Both the position numbers and the translations under genes were made by a program. This document shows, one piece after another, positions 23,601 through 36,210 of a DNA stretch of 64,000 bases. Below the pieces are notes generated by a model. It saw only the letters and a list, made by a program, of their open reading frames with translations. It was not told where the DNA came from and ran no database searches. The DNA comes from Podospora anserina (Eukaryota), in the NCBI GenBank assembly GCA_017654855.1, contig CM030333.1, positions 1,550,001 through 1,614,000 on the forward strand, written 5' to 3'. The first letter of the stretch is position 1. Every line of letters starts with the position of its first letter.

Positions 23601-26600
23601 GACGAACCGCCAATTGTCCAATATGAACCGCTTCCGCTGATGCTGTGATGGATGTCAATCAAAAAACCAAAAAATGCATAACGAACCCCCGAGGTCTTTC
23701 GGACACTTATCTTTACCAAGCACTCTCCTTCTCTTGGGGAACACAACTTTGTCACCGAGAGATACTCCGAGGTAGGCTCGATTGCGGCCGGCGCACAGAT
23801 ACTTGGGTTGCAGCCGCTTGAACTTTGATATCTTCGGGACGCTCTCTTTTTGGTTCAAGAACACACGCCGCGTTTCCAATAGCACGCCTCGGCTCTCTAG
23901 CATCCTAACAACCCATATGCTCATCAAGTGTTGGTGCCATCTGAGAGATTCTGTGCACGCTTCAAGACGACAACAAATAATTACAAAAGTATGTCACCGG
24001 CGCCCGCACTCGCACTGTGGGTAGTCGGCAAGCCTGCGGATCACACCAAACCCCAAAGGGTTAGGAGGAAGATCGTGAACCTGGATCCTGGGAATTAGGT
24101 GCGCAATTAATGGCGGCTTCGGCTTCAGCTACCGACGCTCCGAATCTGTAGAGAGCATGTACAGCTGAAAGATACATGGCACTTGCGCAAGTTCTGGTGA
24201 AGATCCGCGTACTCCGGTGAAGAGGACTCATTTCAGAGGGCGTGGTTGAGGTCTAGACCACAACCTGGAACTCCCTCAACTTTCCTCAGCATCTTAGCCC
24301 AATTCCGTTCTGAATGTATCGCCTCGTCTGATTGGTCAGGTCCACGGTGGGCTACTGATGGGAGAAAAGCAACGACGTGCCTTGGCACCACCCACCACAT
24401 GGACCCTTGCATCTTGACCTTTTGCGATTCGCAAACTGTTTTGCTTTCTTTTTTTGTTTCCGGATCAGAGGTTGCAGACAGCCATGAGAGCCAGAAACCT
24501 TCAAGCATCTTGACAAATCCGAGTCCCCCTCTTCAGGGAGATGGCACGCTTGCTTAATTCAACCCAGTCCCACTCGAACCCCCAACACCACACACACATG
24601 ACGTGATGCCTCATGCTTTTTTCTTCTTTTCAACTTCGGGCCTCTCATCCCCCTTCTTTCCGGTCAGCCAGTGCCCTTCCATTTTCTCCCATGGACTAGT
24701 AGGACACCAATCAGATGCCTCGGCGAGATCCCCGACGCCATCTTTATCGAACTGATGCACACAGGCAATCAAGTCCAAACAGCCTCGCGGTTCCGGCGCC
24801 GTCGTTTTCATGGCTTTCATGGGACCGGCTTTTCTGTCTCGCAGAGCCCTTGTCTCAGCTTTACCGTTGACATGTTCCACCGTGTTTCCGTGGCTCTGTC
24901 GACTGCCTTGTGTCTAATGAAAGGGGTCGGTACACGAATTCTATCGAGGGTTGGCACTGACAGACGCTTGAAATACCACGATCCCCGGACTTTGCTGAAC
25001 CCTTCTGCGATCATACTCGGTACGAGAAAAACAACTTTCCGGAAAACAGGCGTCATGGCCGCTTCGACACCACAACGCTGTGGGCTCAGCCTTTTGGGGC
25101 AGCTTTGCAAGTTTACTCCCCCCCCGCAGATTCCACTCGTTTTAGTTCATCGGTTTCAGCGCTTGGCTAACAGGACCATCGGAAAATTCTCCCCGTTTTG
25201 GATCTCCTTGCATCATACCTCGAGTGTCGTCTTCGCGTGCGGCTCAAGGAAGCTTGTCGAGGCAATGCCTTGAACATGTGCTTGGCGATGCGTATCGGGT
25301 CGGAAGCGTCGATGCCCTCACCATATCAGCAAGCGTGCTCTTGGCAAGTTCTGGTCACGGGGAGTAGCAACTCTCCTGTCTAGAAACCTCAGACCGTGCT
25401 CCGATGCGCTGCGAGTTGATTCAACGTCCAAATCAAAGGGTCCAGTGCCATCCCGGCAACCATGGTGCCCCGGGTGCTCGTGGTGGTACGTCTTGAGATA
25501 TGTTGAGGCGCACGTCATGCATCTCGGTCGCAAGCAGCTGACGCTTATCGACCTCCCGCCAGCATCCGGTCATCTTTACGGAGCTGCAAGACCATCGCCT
25601 GCAGCTACCCGTCTTCAGACAGGGGCTATCCCAGATCTCGGGACACGATCAAGAACAAGCTCACCCGCGGCCTGGGATCGTTAGCCGTTGACAGGCTCGC
25701 CCTGCCGTGCTGGTTCGCATTAGTGGCCCCCCCTTGAAGAGCTCTTCACCTCTCCCCAGGACCCCTAAACCCACGGTCCCACCCGAAGAAGAAGTACCCA
25801 GCTCTTTCTTAGCGACCGTTTCTGGAGTTGAGACAAGCAGTCCCGTGGACGTCATTCCGCTGTGGCTTCCCGGTGTGATTGGTTTCACTGGTACCTCGAC
25901 ATGCTGCAGCTGTTTCTTCCGAACACATGAGTGCCTTCTCTCTGGGTCGGCCATCCCTCCCTCTCCTCGCTTGAATGACGAGGCTCTGTTTCGTTTCGCA
26001 GGGCTCATCAGCCAAGACAGACCCCTGGTTGGGATCTTTCGTTTTTCAGGGTCCAAGGACAATTTCTTCACTTTCCCAAGGCTGTGTCACCGCACACTTG
26101 TTCGGTCATTTTTTCCCAGTTCTTGCTTTTGGACACCGAACCCCCGGCTTGCTCACCCAGGGCCAAACGCAGCTGGGGACCGTTCAGCCCAATCATTTCA
26201 ATCGATAGGCAGCACACGGGGGAGAAGCTAAAAAGCTAGGTTTGCGCGCGTTCGATGCTGTCACCTCTTGATCCTGGCCTTCTAGTCGAAAAGTTCGATC
26301 ACGATGAACCCCTATCTTCTCTCGATCGTGACCCCCCGGGAGATTTATCCTCTGCTGTGGCCCCCAACATTCAGCCGTATGGCTTTGATGCCCGTTCCAA
26401 GTTGATGTCATCTCCGCCTGCTGCACGTTTCCCGAGTCCGCAGTCATCGGGGTCTTCAGTCTGGCATCGATCGATAAGCATGGGGAGGTTCAGATACTTT
26501 GCAGATCGATCATTCATAGGAAAGCTGTGTTGTTCAGATCAGATATGACCGAATGATTCTGGAGACCAGTTATCGTCATGAGATGGACATTGCAACAGCC

Positions 26601-27698
26601 GGTTACGTCACGACGCGGCGGGGGTTTGTGTCCGACTGTGCTGCTGTAACAAAAACAACAACAGGAACACCGAACAGTCATAATGGTCATATCTTGGATG
26701 CAATTCCAATTCGCTATCTTTCCAGCGTTTATTTCCTTCCTGCTGCAACAACATCTCCATGATCTTCCAACATCCCTCAGCTCATCGTCTACTCTCATGT
26801 TTTTGCTCAACCAAGTTGGGGGAGCCTTTAACTGCAATCCTGCTTGGTTCCGCAAGCTCCCTTTACGCTCTGGTCTCGGGCGGTGTAGAGAGTTCAGTTG
26901 AAGCCCCCTCGGTCCAGATATCATACTTTTTAATTTTTTTTTATCTATTATTTAATTTATATATATATATCTTCTCATGGCCATGTTTGATTAGAAATGC
27001 TAGACTAATTCCTATACAAGCGATCACTTACCTATGTGCCTGCTCAAACAAGGCATGCTGCGAAAAGAAGGGTCTGTTCGAGTCAAAGGGTGCTTGATTA
27101 ATGTGCTTGTTGGAGACATCACTTTGGACGCCATGTTAGCGGATGAATCTACCTAGACTGAATCATATGTATTAATGAAAGGCCTTCTCAGGGTGAACAA
27201 TACAGCTCGTCTCTTTGGAATCAGTTAAGGGGTGGATGTCTGGGCAGGGTTAGGCCACTGCAACTCAGGGTTGAACATGGAGAAAGACTGCTTGAGGCCC
27301 TTTGATGTAAGCTCATGAGCTGAAAGTCAGTCTCTCTGGATGGATAGAGCACAGCACAGATAAGATTTCCTCACATTTTGTAGCCCAAGCTTACGTCAAC
27401 AGATACAGAGCTGCCAGCAGCAAAGTGAATTCCGCCAAGTGAATTATCGTGGCCGGCCTCGATAGGTGCATCTTGGGAGCCACCCCCCTGTTGATAGCGC
27501 TCGGACCAGCATTTGGGAGCTGTGACGCTAGGGGGGGTTGCCACTCCAAGGCCAGATTGCACACATCACTTTTTTACGTGATCGACTGTCACACTCTCTG
27601 CTCTGCTTGCTTCCAAGCTTCTTCTTGGTACTTGGATTTTCTTCTTCATTCTTCTCTTTCTCAACCTCGTCAACCCCCCGTCTGGAGCTCGGCACACA

Positions 27699-28703
27699 AT
27701 GGTCAACTTCAAGTGGTCTTCTCTTGCTCTGCTCGCTCTGCGCGCCGCCACCGTCTTTGCTCAGGACGATGTAAGTCCCAATGGTTCCGTCATCGCGCCA
27801 CCTCACCTCGACAGCTCGAGCTCCCCGTCTAGCTTCACCGTCGCGCAAAACTATCAACTGGCATCGCAGCTTCGAGATTTGCAAAGGCTAACGTAGCATC
27901 AACCTCCAGGCCGACGCTGAGCCCAATGTTTCGACTGCCACCGAGACCCCAGAGCTCAAGGCCGATATCGAAACCACCTTCCCCGACTCTGATATCTTTG
28001 GTGTGAAGCTCGTCAACAACCGCATCAACAAGGCCCTCATTCAGATCACCAACAATGAGGCGACTCCAATTGACGTTGTCTACATCGGCGGTGCTTTCAA
28101 GACCACCCAGCCCCTCCCCGAGGATGCTCCTGCCTGGGGCGCCATTATCCGCAACTTGACCGCTGTCAAGGTCGAGGCCTCGATTCCTCCTGGTGGCAAG
28201 CACCAGATCCCTTTCCAGTTCACTCAGGATATGAACCCCCAGGATGTCATTCTTGACCTCATGGCGGTCATTACCCACGCCGAGTCCGGTCACGTCTACC
28301 AGGTTCTCGCCCACTCCGGTCCCGCCACCATTGTTGAGCCCCCTACCAGCATCTTCGACCCTCAGATGTATGTGTTTTCGACATGAGCCTGACCGATGAT
28401 GGTTACTAACTCTTCTCCAGCATCTTCCTCTACCTCTTCCTCACCGGTCTCTTCGGCGCCACCCTCTACTTCGTCTACAAGACCTGGATCGAGGCCCTCT
28501 TCCCCCAAACCCGCCGCGTTCCCGCCGTCAAGGGCAAGAAGGTTAAGAAGGTTGAGGTTGAGCCCCTCTCTGGCTCCGAGTCGGCCGGTGCCACCAGCAC
28601 TGGTGCTGACAAGGACTACGATGAGGCCTGGATCCCCACCCACCACATCAACCGCCCCGTCGCCAAGCGCGTCAAGAGCAGTGCCAGCGGCAAGGCCAAA
28701 TAA
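27699..28703 (+). CDS. IRC22: Translocon-associated protein alpha (TRAP-alpha/IRC22-like); introns 27771-27909 and 28368-28420
   Basis: Signal peptide [58 protein letters not shown] transmembrane segment; YDEAWIP tail. Confidence 0.85.
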
Positions 28704-29817
28704 ATTTGGACCAGTCACGATATATAGATGGAAGGAACGAGCGTTGGGACAGGTTGACTCCTTGTCCTTTCGGGTGTAAGATGGGTTTTGCGGTTATAGC
28801 GAGGTTGGTTTGGCAAGGGTAGGTAGGGTGCATTTTACAAATCTGGCGGGCATTATTTATACAAATTTTACTTGCCTGGAAACTGGACTGGGATATTGGG
28901 CAGGTCTGTATGATGAAGTAAGAAAAAAGTTGGGTGCGTGCTTTTTTGTATGTACTATATGCTTCGTATGTTGGTCTGGAATCTATGAATTAATGTCTGA
29001 TGTTGAGCGGTGGGGTATGACACGTGGACGCGTTTGGGATGGAGGGGACGTGTTTGAGGTTGGAGATCTCGTGTATCTTGCAATGGGTGAATGGGCATGC
29101 TTCTGAATGGGACTATATGGCATGGTATACGTTGGAGATGTTGAACTGGAGCGCGTTCTGCAACATGTGGTTCTGTAGGATACCAGCCAGACAGTTGAGC
29201 CCATCAATGGGTGGCATTCAACGCGTCAAAGATTGCGAAAAACATCATGCGACGTCCAATTCACAACAGCGATCAATTGATTCACATACAAAAATCGCAA
29301 AAAATCGCAAAAAATCGCAAAAAAAAAAGAAAAGAAAAAAAGACCAAAAGATAACGGACTTCCCAAACGCCCCGCGGAATTGTTTTGATGTTTGGGTTAA
29401 AAACTGGACAGGTTGTACGCGGTAGTGGGAGTTTTCCGGATGGGGCGGGCACTGATCTGATTTCTGGGTAGGGAAGGGGGGGATGGGTGGGGGGGGGGGC
29501 GGCAGGGCAAGTGCTGTGTGATTTTACCGGCTGATTTAATTCCCCAATTTAATTCTCATTTTCTTTTTTTTGGGGTTTTATTTTTATTTTTTCTTCTTTG
29601 TTTTTTTTTTTTTTTTTTTATTTTCTTCTGCATCTGTCCTTTCTTTCTCCCATTTACAAACAAAAACCAAACTGCAAAAAAAAACCATTTTTCTCTCCTG
29701 AGGAATTTTACTTGCTCAATTTATTGCGCAATTGTTTGAAAAACGCGCGCCGATTTGAACTAGACAGGACAACAAAAAACAACCAAGCAGCAGCTACCAC
29801 CCCACCAGAACAACAAA

Positions 29818-30276
29818 ATGGCATCCACCGCCCCAGACAGCGGCGCCACCCCCGTCAAGCGCGGCCGCGGCCGCCCCCCCAAGCCGGAGCACGAGAAGAA
29901 GCCGAAGCCGGTGCCTAGCGGGCGTGGGAGGGGAAGGCCCAAGGGGAGTGGTGGTGGTGTGAAGAAGAGTGCTGCGGCGACGCCGAAGAAGACGGAGACG
30001 ACGGCTAGGGCGAAGGCTATGAAGGCGAATGCTGATAAGGTGGAGGCTGAGGCTGAGGCGGCGAAGGTTAAGGCTGGTAATGCTGGGGGTACAGGGAAGA
30101 AGAGAGGGCGGCCGTCGGGGGGAGCGGCTACGGTTAAGAAGACGGAGAGTGTTAAGAGGGGGGGGCCGAAGGGTAGGGGGAAGAAGAAGGAGGTTAGTGA
30201 GGAGGCGGAGGAGGAGGAGGAGGAGGAGGCGGGGGGGGATGAGGGAGGGGAGGGGGAGGGCGAGGAGAGTTCTTAG
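29818..30276 (+). CDS. HMGA-like AT-hook protein with acidic tail
   Basis: KRGRGRPPK, GRGRGRPK and KKRGRPS hooks followed by a poly-E C-terminus. Confidence 0.8.
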   Translation: MASTAPDSGATPVKRGRGRPPKPEHEKKPKPVPSGRGRGRPKGSGGGVKKSAAATPKKTETTARAKAMKANADKVEAEAEAAKVKAGNAGGTGKKRGRPSGGAATVKKTESVKRGGPKGRGKKKEVSEEAEEEEEEEAGGDEGGEGEGEESS

Positions 30277-30925
30277 GAGGACTGGAAAGGACTGGAGAGT
30301 GGTGAGGATGGGGAGGAGGAGGACGAGGAGGACGAGGAGGACGAGGAGATGGAGGATTAGGGAGGGGGATTCGTCTCTTTTGTATGGTGTGGGTTATTGG
30401 GTGGGGTTAGGCGTGTGAAAGTGCGTTATGGAGTTTACTTATCTGCTAGGGAAGTGTCGTGTTTTTGGGGGAGATCAAAGGCTTTTCATTAATTGATATA
30501 TATTTTACCCAGCGATTGTCATGTCGATGTCTACCGCAATCTGTGCTGGAGGGGATGCTTGATGGTGCTTCTCGATACGCAAAATATATATGCAGCTACC
30601 CCGAATGCTACTATCCGTGGTGATCCCGCGCAAAAGGCCCAAGCGCTTCTCTTGAACCTCTGCCAAGCAATACTCTGCTCAACCCTGTTAAGCCTCAGGG
30701 GAGGGGCATCCAATCACTCCCTCGCCGTCAAACCTTTTGCTTTGCTCATTTCTTCGATAATCCTTTGCGCCCTTTCAGGAGAATTTCCCTCTTACTTTCT
30801 AGGGAGCTCTCATACGACTATGGAGAGCTGCGCACGACGACTGATTTCATTCCGGGGGTCTTTATTCGACACGACGTGAGAAAAAACAAAATTCACACCT
30901 TTCTTTGCACTGATTCATTCAGCCT

Positions 30926-30959
<34 letters not shown>

Positions 30960-31046
30960 AACAACCAACAACAACTCTCTCCATCAACAATCCACATCAA
31001 CAATCCACATCACCATCAGTTTTCATTTATCAACAACAGCATCAAA

Positions 31047-34000
31047 ATGGCCAAACACAAGAAAACACCCGCCCCAGCCCCACCACCACCGGCAGCATCA
31101 TCCGCTGGGAAGAGCTCGTCATCCAGCGGGAAAAAAGACACCAAGAAGAAACCCCCAGCAGCCGAAGACGACAGTTTCATCGTCTTCACCAACTCAGACA
31201 AGGACCCCAAGCGCCGCACAGGTGGTGGTCCCAGCAAAGGCGGTCCTTCCTCCGCTGGTCAGCAACAAGAAAGTATTGACTCTGGCCCCCCAAAACCAAC
31301 AGTCAAGCAAATCATCGGCGGCGCTTCCTGGACGGGAAAACTACCAGTCAATCTCCTCTCTGAGCACTGCCAACGCCAGAAATGGGATCGTCCAGAGTAC
31401 AACACCATGAAGACCAAGGATGGGTTTTCGGTTATCGTCTCTTTATCTGCTCGCAACCCGAAAACGCAAGAAGTGACGAAATTGCCGCCTTTTAAACTGC
31501 CGCCTAGTCATGTCCATTTGGCGATTAAACCGACTGCGTTGGAGGCGAAGCATTTCGCGGCGACGTATGCGCTTTTTAGGGTTTGTAGTATGAAGAATAT
31601 TCATATGACGCTGCCGCCGGATCATAGGGGGTATTGGAAGGAGTTGGAGCAGTTGAAGAGGGAGGATGTGAAGGAGGGGAGGGGGTGGATGTATGAGGCT
31701 GATCCGTTCCAGGCCTTGAGGGAGAGGGAGGAGGCGAAGAGGGAGGCGGAGAAGAAGAGGGCGCAGGTTCAGGCTGCGAGGGAGAAGCAGCTGCAGGAGC
31801 AGGCGAGCTTTGGGGGGGTACCGATGAGGGGACCGGGTGGGGGGTCGGGAGCGGGAGCGGGAGGAGGAGGTGGTGGGGGGGCGAGTAATTTGATGAGGGG
31901 GTGGGCTACGGTGCCCAAGATTGAGATGGGTGGGAAGACTAGGACGCAGCTGGAGGAGATTTTGAGGAGGGAGACGGTGTGGAATCCGCATGGGGTGGTG
32001 ATGACGGAGAGGCAGAAGGGGGAGATTGTGAGGGAGTTGAAGGGGCTGGGGTTTAGGCAGAGCCATGTGGAGGAGGCGGTGGAGGAGTGTAAGGATCGGG
32101 AGGAGACGTTGGAGTGGTTGTTGGTGCATATTCCGGAGGATGATTTGCCTAGGTGGGCGCTGCCGGAGAAGTATAGCGCGGGAGTTACGGTTGCTGCGAC
32201 GGATTTGAGGAGGGAGGGGGCGATCAAGCGGTTGGCGGAGTCGGGGTATTCGGTTGATTTGGTGAGGAAGATCTATGATGCCAATGGGGGTGATGAGGGG
32301 AAGGCTGCTTGCGCTCTGCAGGAGTTGCTCTTGGCGAGCGGGAGTGGTGAGCAGGAAAAGGCGCAGGAGGAAGAGCTTGATACCTGGAGGGACTCGGATG
32401 AGTGCTGGGAGGAGGAGATGGCTACTCTCGAGGCGAGCTTTGGTGATCTCTACTCGAGCAGCTCGCCTGAGGTGTGCAAGATTCGACTGGAGGGGGTTGT
32501 TAACGGGACTCACAAGGATGTGGAGACATACTTGCAGTTCCGAAAGTCGCCCGAGTATCCTGCGCAGGTCATCTTGGCCATCGAGGCCCAGCTTCCGGCG
32601 TACATCAAGTTGAGCATCATCAAGAAGGCGTTGGCGTATGCGAGGGAATCACTGCAGGGCGAGGAGACCAAGATTTATTTTATCGTGGATTGGATCCAGC
32701 AGAATATCAACGAGATTATCGAGAAGCCAGGCGCTTTGAGAGATGTTGCGGCAGTGGCATCGGCTGCCTCAGAAGTACCAAGACCGGTGGTCAAGTCATC
32801 ACGGAAGCGGCAACGGTACCCGAAGCCCATCAATTGGACACCAAACCCGCAGAGCAAGCAGGAGTGGTTGGCCCGGACAGAGGCTCCCAACTACAAGAAG
32901 ATGGCGGCGCAGAGAGAAAGACTGCCGGCTTGGCAAGTCAGGCAGAGAGTTGTCCAGACTGTTCAGCAGAACCAAGTCACCATCATTTCTGGAGAGACGG
33001 GTTCCGGAAAGTCTACGCAGTCTGTTCAGTTCGTTCTGGATGACCTGTACGATCGGGGTCTTGGCGGGAGTGCCAACATTATCGTCACCCAGCCCCGTCG
33101 TATCTCTGCTCTCGGTCTTGCCGACCGTGTGGCTGAGGAGAGATGTACTCAGGTTGGGCAGGAGGTCGGTTTCTCGATTCGTGGCGAGCACAAGACAAGC
33201 CCGAGTACCAAGATCACTTTTGTGACCACTGGTGTGTTGCTCAGAAGATTGCAAACTTCTGGTGGCAGGGTTGAAGATGTGGTGGCATCTCTGGCTGACG
33301 TCAGTCACATCGTTATCGATGAAGTCCACGAGCGTAGCTTGGACACGGACTTCTTGTTGAGCATTGTTCGCGATGTTCTTTACAAACGGAGAGATCTCAA
33401 GCTTATCCTCATGAGCGCCACTCTTGACGCGTCTTCGTTTAGGGATTACTTCATGGTAGACAAGCAGAACGTCACGGTCGGTCTGGTCGAGATCGCGGGC
33501 CGCACATATCCTGTCAATGACTTCTACCTAGACGACATCATCCGTATCACTGGCTTCAGTGGTGGAAATCTCGGTGGTAGGAACGACTACTACGACGACA
33601 GCGCAAACCAAGCGTCTGGCAGAGATGTCGACCCCGTCAACAAGATTATCCAGAGACTGGGACACCGGATCAACTATGACCTGCTTGCTGATGTTGTCAA
33701 GGCAATCGATGAGGAGCTGTCAAGCTTGCAGAAGGCCGGTGGTATCTTGATCTTCTTGCCCGGCGTGGCAGAGATCAACAGAGCGTGCAACGTCCTGCGA
33801 TCAGTCAGCTCTCTTCACGTCTTGCAGCTTCATGCCTCGTTGGAGACCAAGGAGCAAAAGAAGGTGTTCTTGTCACCGCCACCTGGCAAGAGAAAGATTG
33901 TCGTCGCCACCAACGTTGCTGAGACGTCCATCACCATCGACGACATCGTTGCCGTTATCGACAGTGGTCGTGTCAAGGAGACGTCATTTGACCCCCAGAA

Positions 34001-35342
34001 CAACATGCGGAAGCTGGAAGAGACTTGGGCTTCTCGGGCAGCTTGCAAGCAGCGCCGTGGCCGTGCCGGTCGTGTGCAAGAGGGCAACTGCTACAAGCTC
34101 TACACACGAAACCTTGAGCAGCAGATGGCTGAGCGGCCTGAGCCTGAGATCAGGAGAGTTCCTCTTGAGCAACTGTGCCTGGCTGTGAGAGCGATGGGTA
34201 TCCGTGATGTCAGCCATTTCTTGTCTCGGGCGCCGACGCCCCCTGAGGTGACAGCGGTCGAGGCGGCTATCAATATGCTTCGTCGGATGGGCGCTCTGGA
34301 TGGCGATGAGCTGACGGCTCTTGGTCAACAACTGTCCTTGATCCCAGCTGATCTGAGGTGCGGTAAGCTCATGGTTTATGGTTCGATCTTCGGCTGCCTC
34401 GACGACTGTGTCAGCATTGCCGCCATCCTCAGCACCAAAAGTCCCTTCTTGTCGCCGCCAGACAAGCGTGAGGAGGCCAAACAGGCCAAAATGCGCTTCG
34501 CTAGAGGCGACGGTGACCTGCTCACTGACCTCCGCGCCTACCAAGAATTCGACGCCATGATGTCGGATCGCGTGCCTCAGCACCGCATCCGCCAATTCTG
34601 CTCCGAGAACTTCTTATCGTATCCCACCATGTCAGACATCTCTTCCACCCGCACCCAGTTTTACTCCAGCTTGACCGAGATGGGGATCATTCCCCGTTGG
34701 TATAACCCTCAAGCCTCACAGCAACAACAGCAGCAGTCGATGGTCCTCCTTCGTGCGTTGACAGCCTCTGCATTTTCCCCACAAATCTGCCGCATTCAGT
34801 TCCCCGACAAGAAGTTTGCTGCTTCCATGGCTGGTGCGGTGGAGTTGGATCCCGAAGCAAAGACGATCAAGTACTTTGCTCAGGAGAGCGGGAGGGTGTT
34901 TATCCACCCCAGCAGCACGCTGTTTGACTCGCAGGGGTTTTCGGGGCACGCGAGCTTTGTGTCGTATTTCAGCATGATTTCGACGAGCAAGATTTTTGTC
35001 AGGGATTTGACGCGTAAGTTTGTCCTGTTCTTTTTGAAGTGGTTGACATGGTGGGCTAACAAAAAAATAAAAAAAATAAAAATAGCATTCAACGCTTACA
35101 CCCTCCTCCTCTTTTCTGGCGCCATTGAACTCGACACGCAGGGTCGTGGCCTGGTGGTGGACGGTTGGTTGAGACTGAGAGGCTGGGCGAGAATCGGTGT
35201 CTTGGTGTCGAGGCTGAGGGGCGTGATCGATAAGCTGATCGAGACAAAGGTCGAGAACCCGGGTGTGGACTTTGACAAGCAGAAGCAGGATGTGATCAGG
35301 TTGGTGGTGAAGATGATTGAGTTGGACGGGATGGATGCTTAG
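31047..35342 (+). CDS. DEAH-box RNA helicase, DHX57/Ucp12/YLR419W-like (dsRBD-like, UBA, RWD, helicase core, HA2); intron 35014-35085
   Basis: Motifs GETGSGKST, TQPRRISA, DEVHER, SAT, ATNVAETSITI and QRRGRAGR; LEWLLVHIPEDDLP UBA-linked motif. Confidence 0.92.
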   Translation: MAKHKKTPAPAPPPPAASSAGKSSSSSGKKDTKKKPPAAEDDSFIVFTNSDKDPKRRTGGGPSKGGPSSAGQQQESIDSGPPKPTVKQIIGGASWTGKLPVNLLSEHCQRQKWDRPEYNTMKTKDGFSVIVSLSARNPKTQEVTKLPPFKLPPSHVHLAIKPTALEAKHFAATYALFRVCSMKNIHMTLPPDHRGYWKELEQLKREDVKEGRGWMYEADPFQALREREEAKREAEKKRAQVQAAREKQLQEQASFGGVPMRGPGGGSGAGAGGGGGGGASNLMRGWATVPKIEMGGKTRTQLEEILRRETVWNPHGVVMTERQKGEIVRELKGLGFRQSHVEEAVEECKDREETLEWLLVHIPEDDLPRWALPEKYSAGVTVAATDLRREGAIKRLAESGYSVDLVRKIYDANGGDEGKAACALQELLLASGSGEQEKAQEEELDTWRDSDECWEEEMATLEASFGDLYSSSSPEVCKIRLEGVVNGTHKDVETYLQFRKSPEYPAQVILAIEAQLPAYIKLSIIKKALAYARESLQGEETKIYFIVDWIQQNINEIIEKPGALRDVAAVASAASEVPRPVVKSSRKRQRYPKPINWTPNPQSKQEWLARTEAPNYKKMAAQRERLPAWQVRQRVVQTVQQNQVTIISGETGSGKSTQSVQFVLDDLYDRGLGGSANIIVTQPRRISALGLADRVAEERCTQVGQEVGFSIRGEHKTSPSTKITFVTTGVLLRRLQTSGGRVEDVVASLADVSHIVIDEVHERSLDTDFLLSIVRDVLYKRRDLKLILMSATLDASSFRDYFMVDKQNVTVGLVEIAGRTYPVNDFYLDDIIRITGFSGGNLGGRNDYYDDSANQASGRDVDPVNKIIQRLGHRINYDLLADVVKAIDEELSSLQKAGGILIFLPGVAEINRACNVLRSVSSLHVLQLHASLETKEQKKVFLSPPPGKRKIVVATNVAETSITIDDIVAVIDSGRVKETSFDPQNNMRKLEETWASRAACKQRRGRAGRVQEGNCYKLYTRNLEQQMAERPEPEIRRVPLEQLCLAVRAMGIRDVSHFLSRAPTPPEVTAVEAAINMLRRMGALDGDELTALGQQLSLIPADLRCGKLMVYGSIFGCLDDCVSIAAILSTKSPFLSPPDKREEAKQAKMRFARGDGDLLTDLRAYQEFDAMMSDRVPQHRIRQFCSENFLSYPTMSDISSTRTQFYSSLTEMGIIPRWYNPQASQQQQQQSMVLLRALTASAFSPQICRIQFPDKKFAASMAGAVELDPEAKTIKYFAQESGRVFIHPSSTLFDSQGFSGHASFVSYFSMISTSKIFVRDLTRKFVLFFLKWLTWWANKKIKKIKIAFNAYTLLLFSGAIELDTQGRGLVVDGWLRLRGWARIGVLVSRLRGVIDKLIETKVENPGVDFDKQKQDVIRLVVKMIELDGMDA

Positions 35343-35516
35343 ATGGGATTAGATAAAATGGGGTAGAATAGAGAATGGATGGATGATTTACGAACACTGT
35401 TGGGCTGTCCCAGGTGGTCGTGGTGGTAGATGCAGCTTGGTTATTATCGACAGCAAGAGAGGTGACACTGGAAGGAGCAAAGAAACCATGGTTCATATAT
35501 TAGGTCAACCTCACAG

Positions 35517-35742
35517 CTTCCAACACCAACTTCAATATTCTTCTACCAGGGCGCCCTTGTGGTCAGCACAAATGGTTAAGGATGTGGGAGCTTGCTGTTA
35601 CTGCGCCCCCCCCACCCAAGCCGCGAGCTTGCAACCGATAGCTCCCGAGTTCGATTCCGGAGTAAAACCCACCCTAATAGGTTTTCGTAGCCGGCCACCT
35701 CTTTCAGACACTGGTCTGGGCGGGTTGGCCAGTGAGCTTTTT
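35517..35742 (+). ncRNA. Putative Pol III-transcribed structured ncRNA or tRNA-derived element, copy 1
   Basis: TATA-like at ~35495, A-box-like 35573, B-box GAGTTCGATTC 35647-35657, hairpin 35693-35730, T5 at 35738-35742. Paralogous to 40501-40710. Confidence 0.55.
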
Positions 35743-35866
35743 GGGGTGTCTAACATGAGTTAACCTATATTATATTGTGAGTTATGCCTTTAGGAGTAAA
35801 GTAATAGGCCGGTGTACGAGCAACATCACGACGGGCATCGTTTCATCCCAACACTCCACCGACAAA

Positions 35867-36210
35867 ATGTGCCAGATCACGCTCATCCACACCACCCCTG
35901 CGGTCACGTCATGCCCCTGGTGGCCTGTTGCCGGGGTGCCACTCTTGTTCCGCTTGACAACCACACCTTCGCGTACAGTTACTGTCCCTACTTCACTTAC
36001 GATGAAGATTTCGAGAACTTCAAGTGTCCTTCAAGTTGTTATTGCCGGGTTGAGGGACGGGATAGTGCGCGGTGGGGGGTTAATTTGGAGAGGTTCAAGG
36101 CAGCCTCGAGGCCGGACCTGAGGAGACTCGAGTCCCCATCCTTGAGCGGTTATGCGAGGGCTGGGAGAGGGCATGAGGATATGGTTTTGCAGTTTTTGAG
36201 CGAGAAATGA
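35867..36210 (+). pseudogene. Small Cys-rich MC-x(8-9)-CGH protein 1, frameshifted at ~35890
   Basis: MCQITLIH[shift]HPCGHVMPLVACC...YCPY...KCPSSCYC. Confidence 0.5.

Noticed and set aside
22599..26231. Several 130-250 aa ORFs
   Set aside because: No recognisable motifs, codon bias or consistent exon structure.
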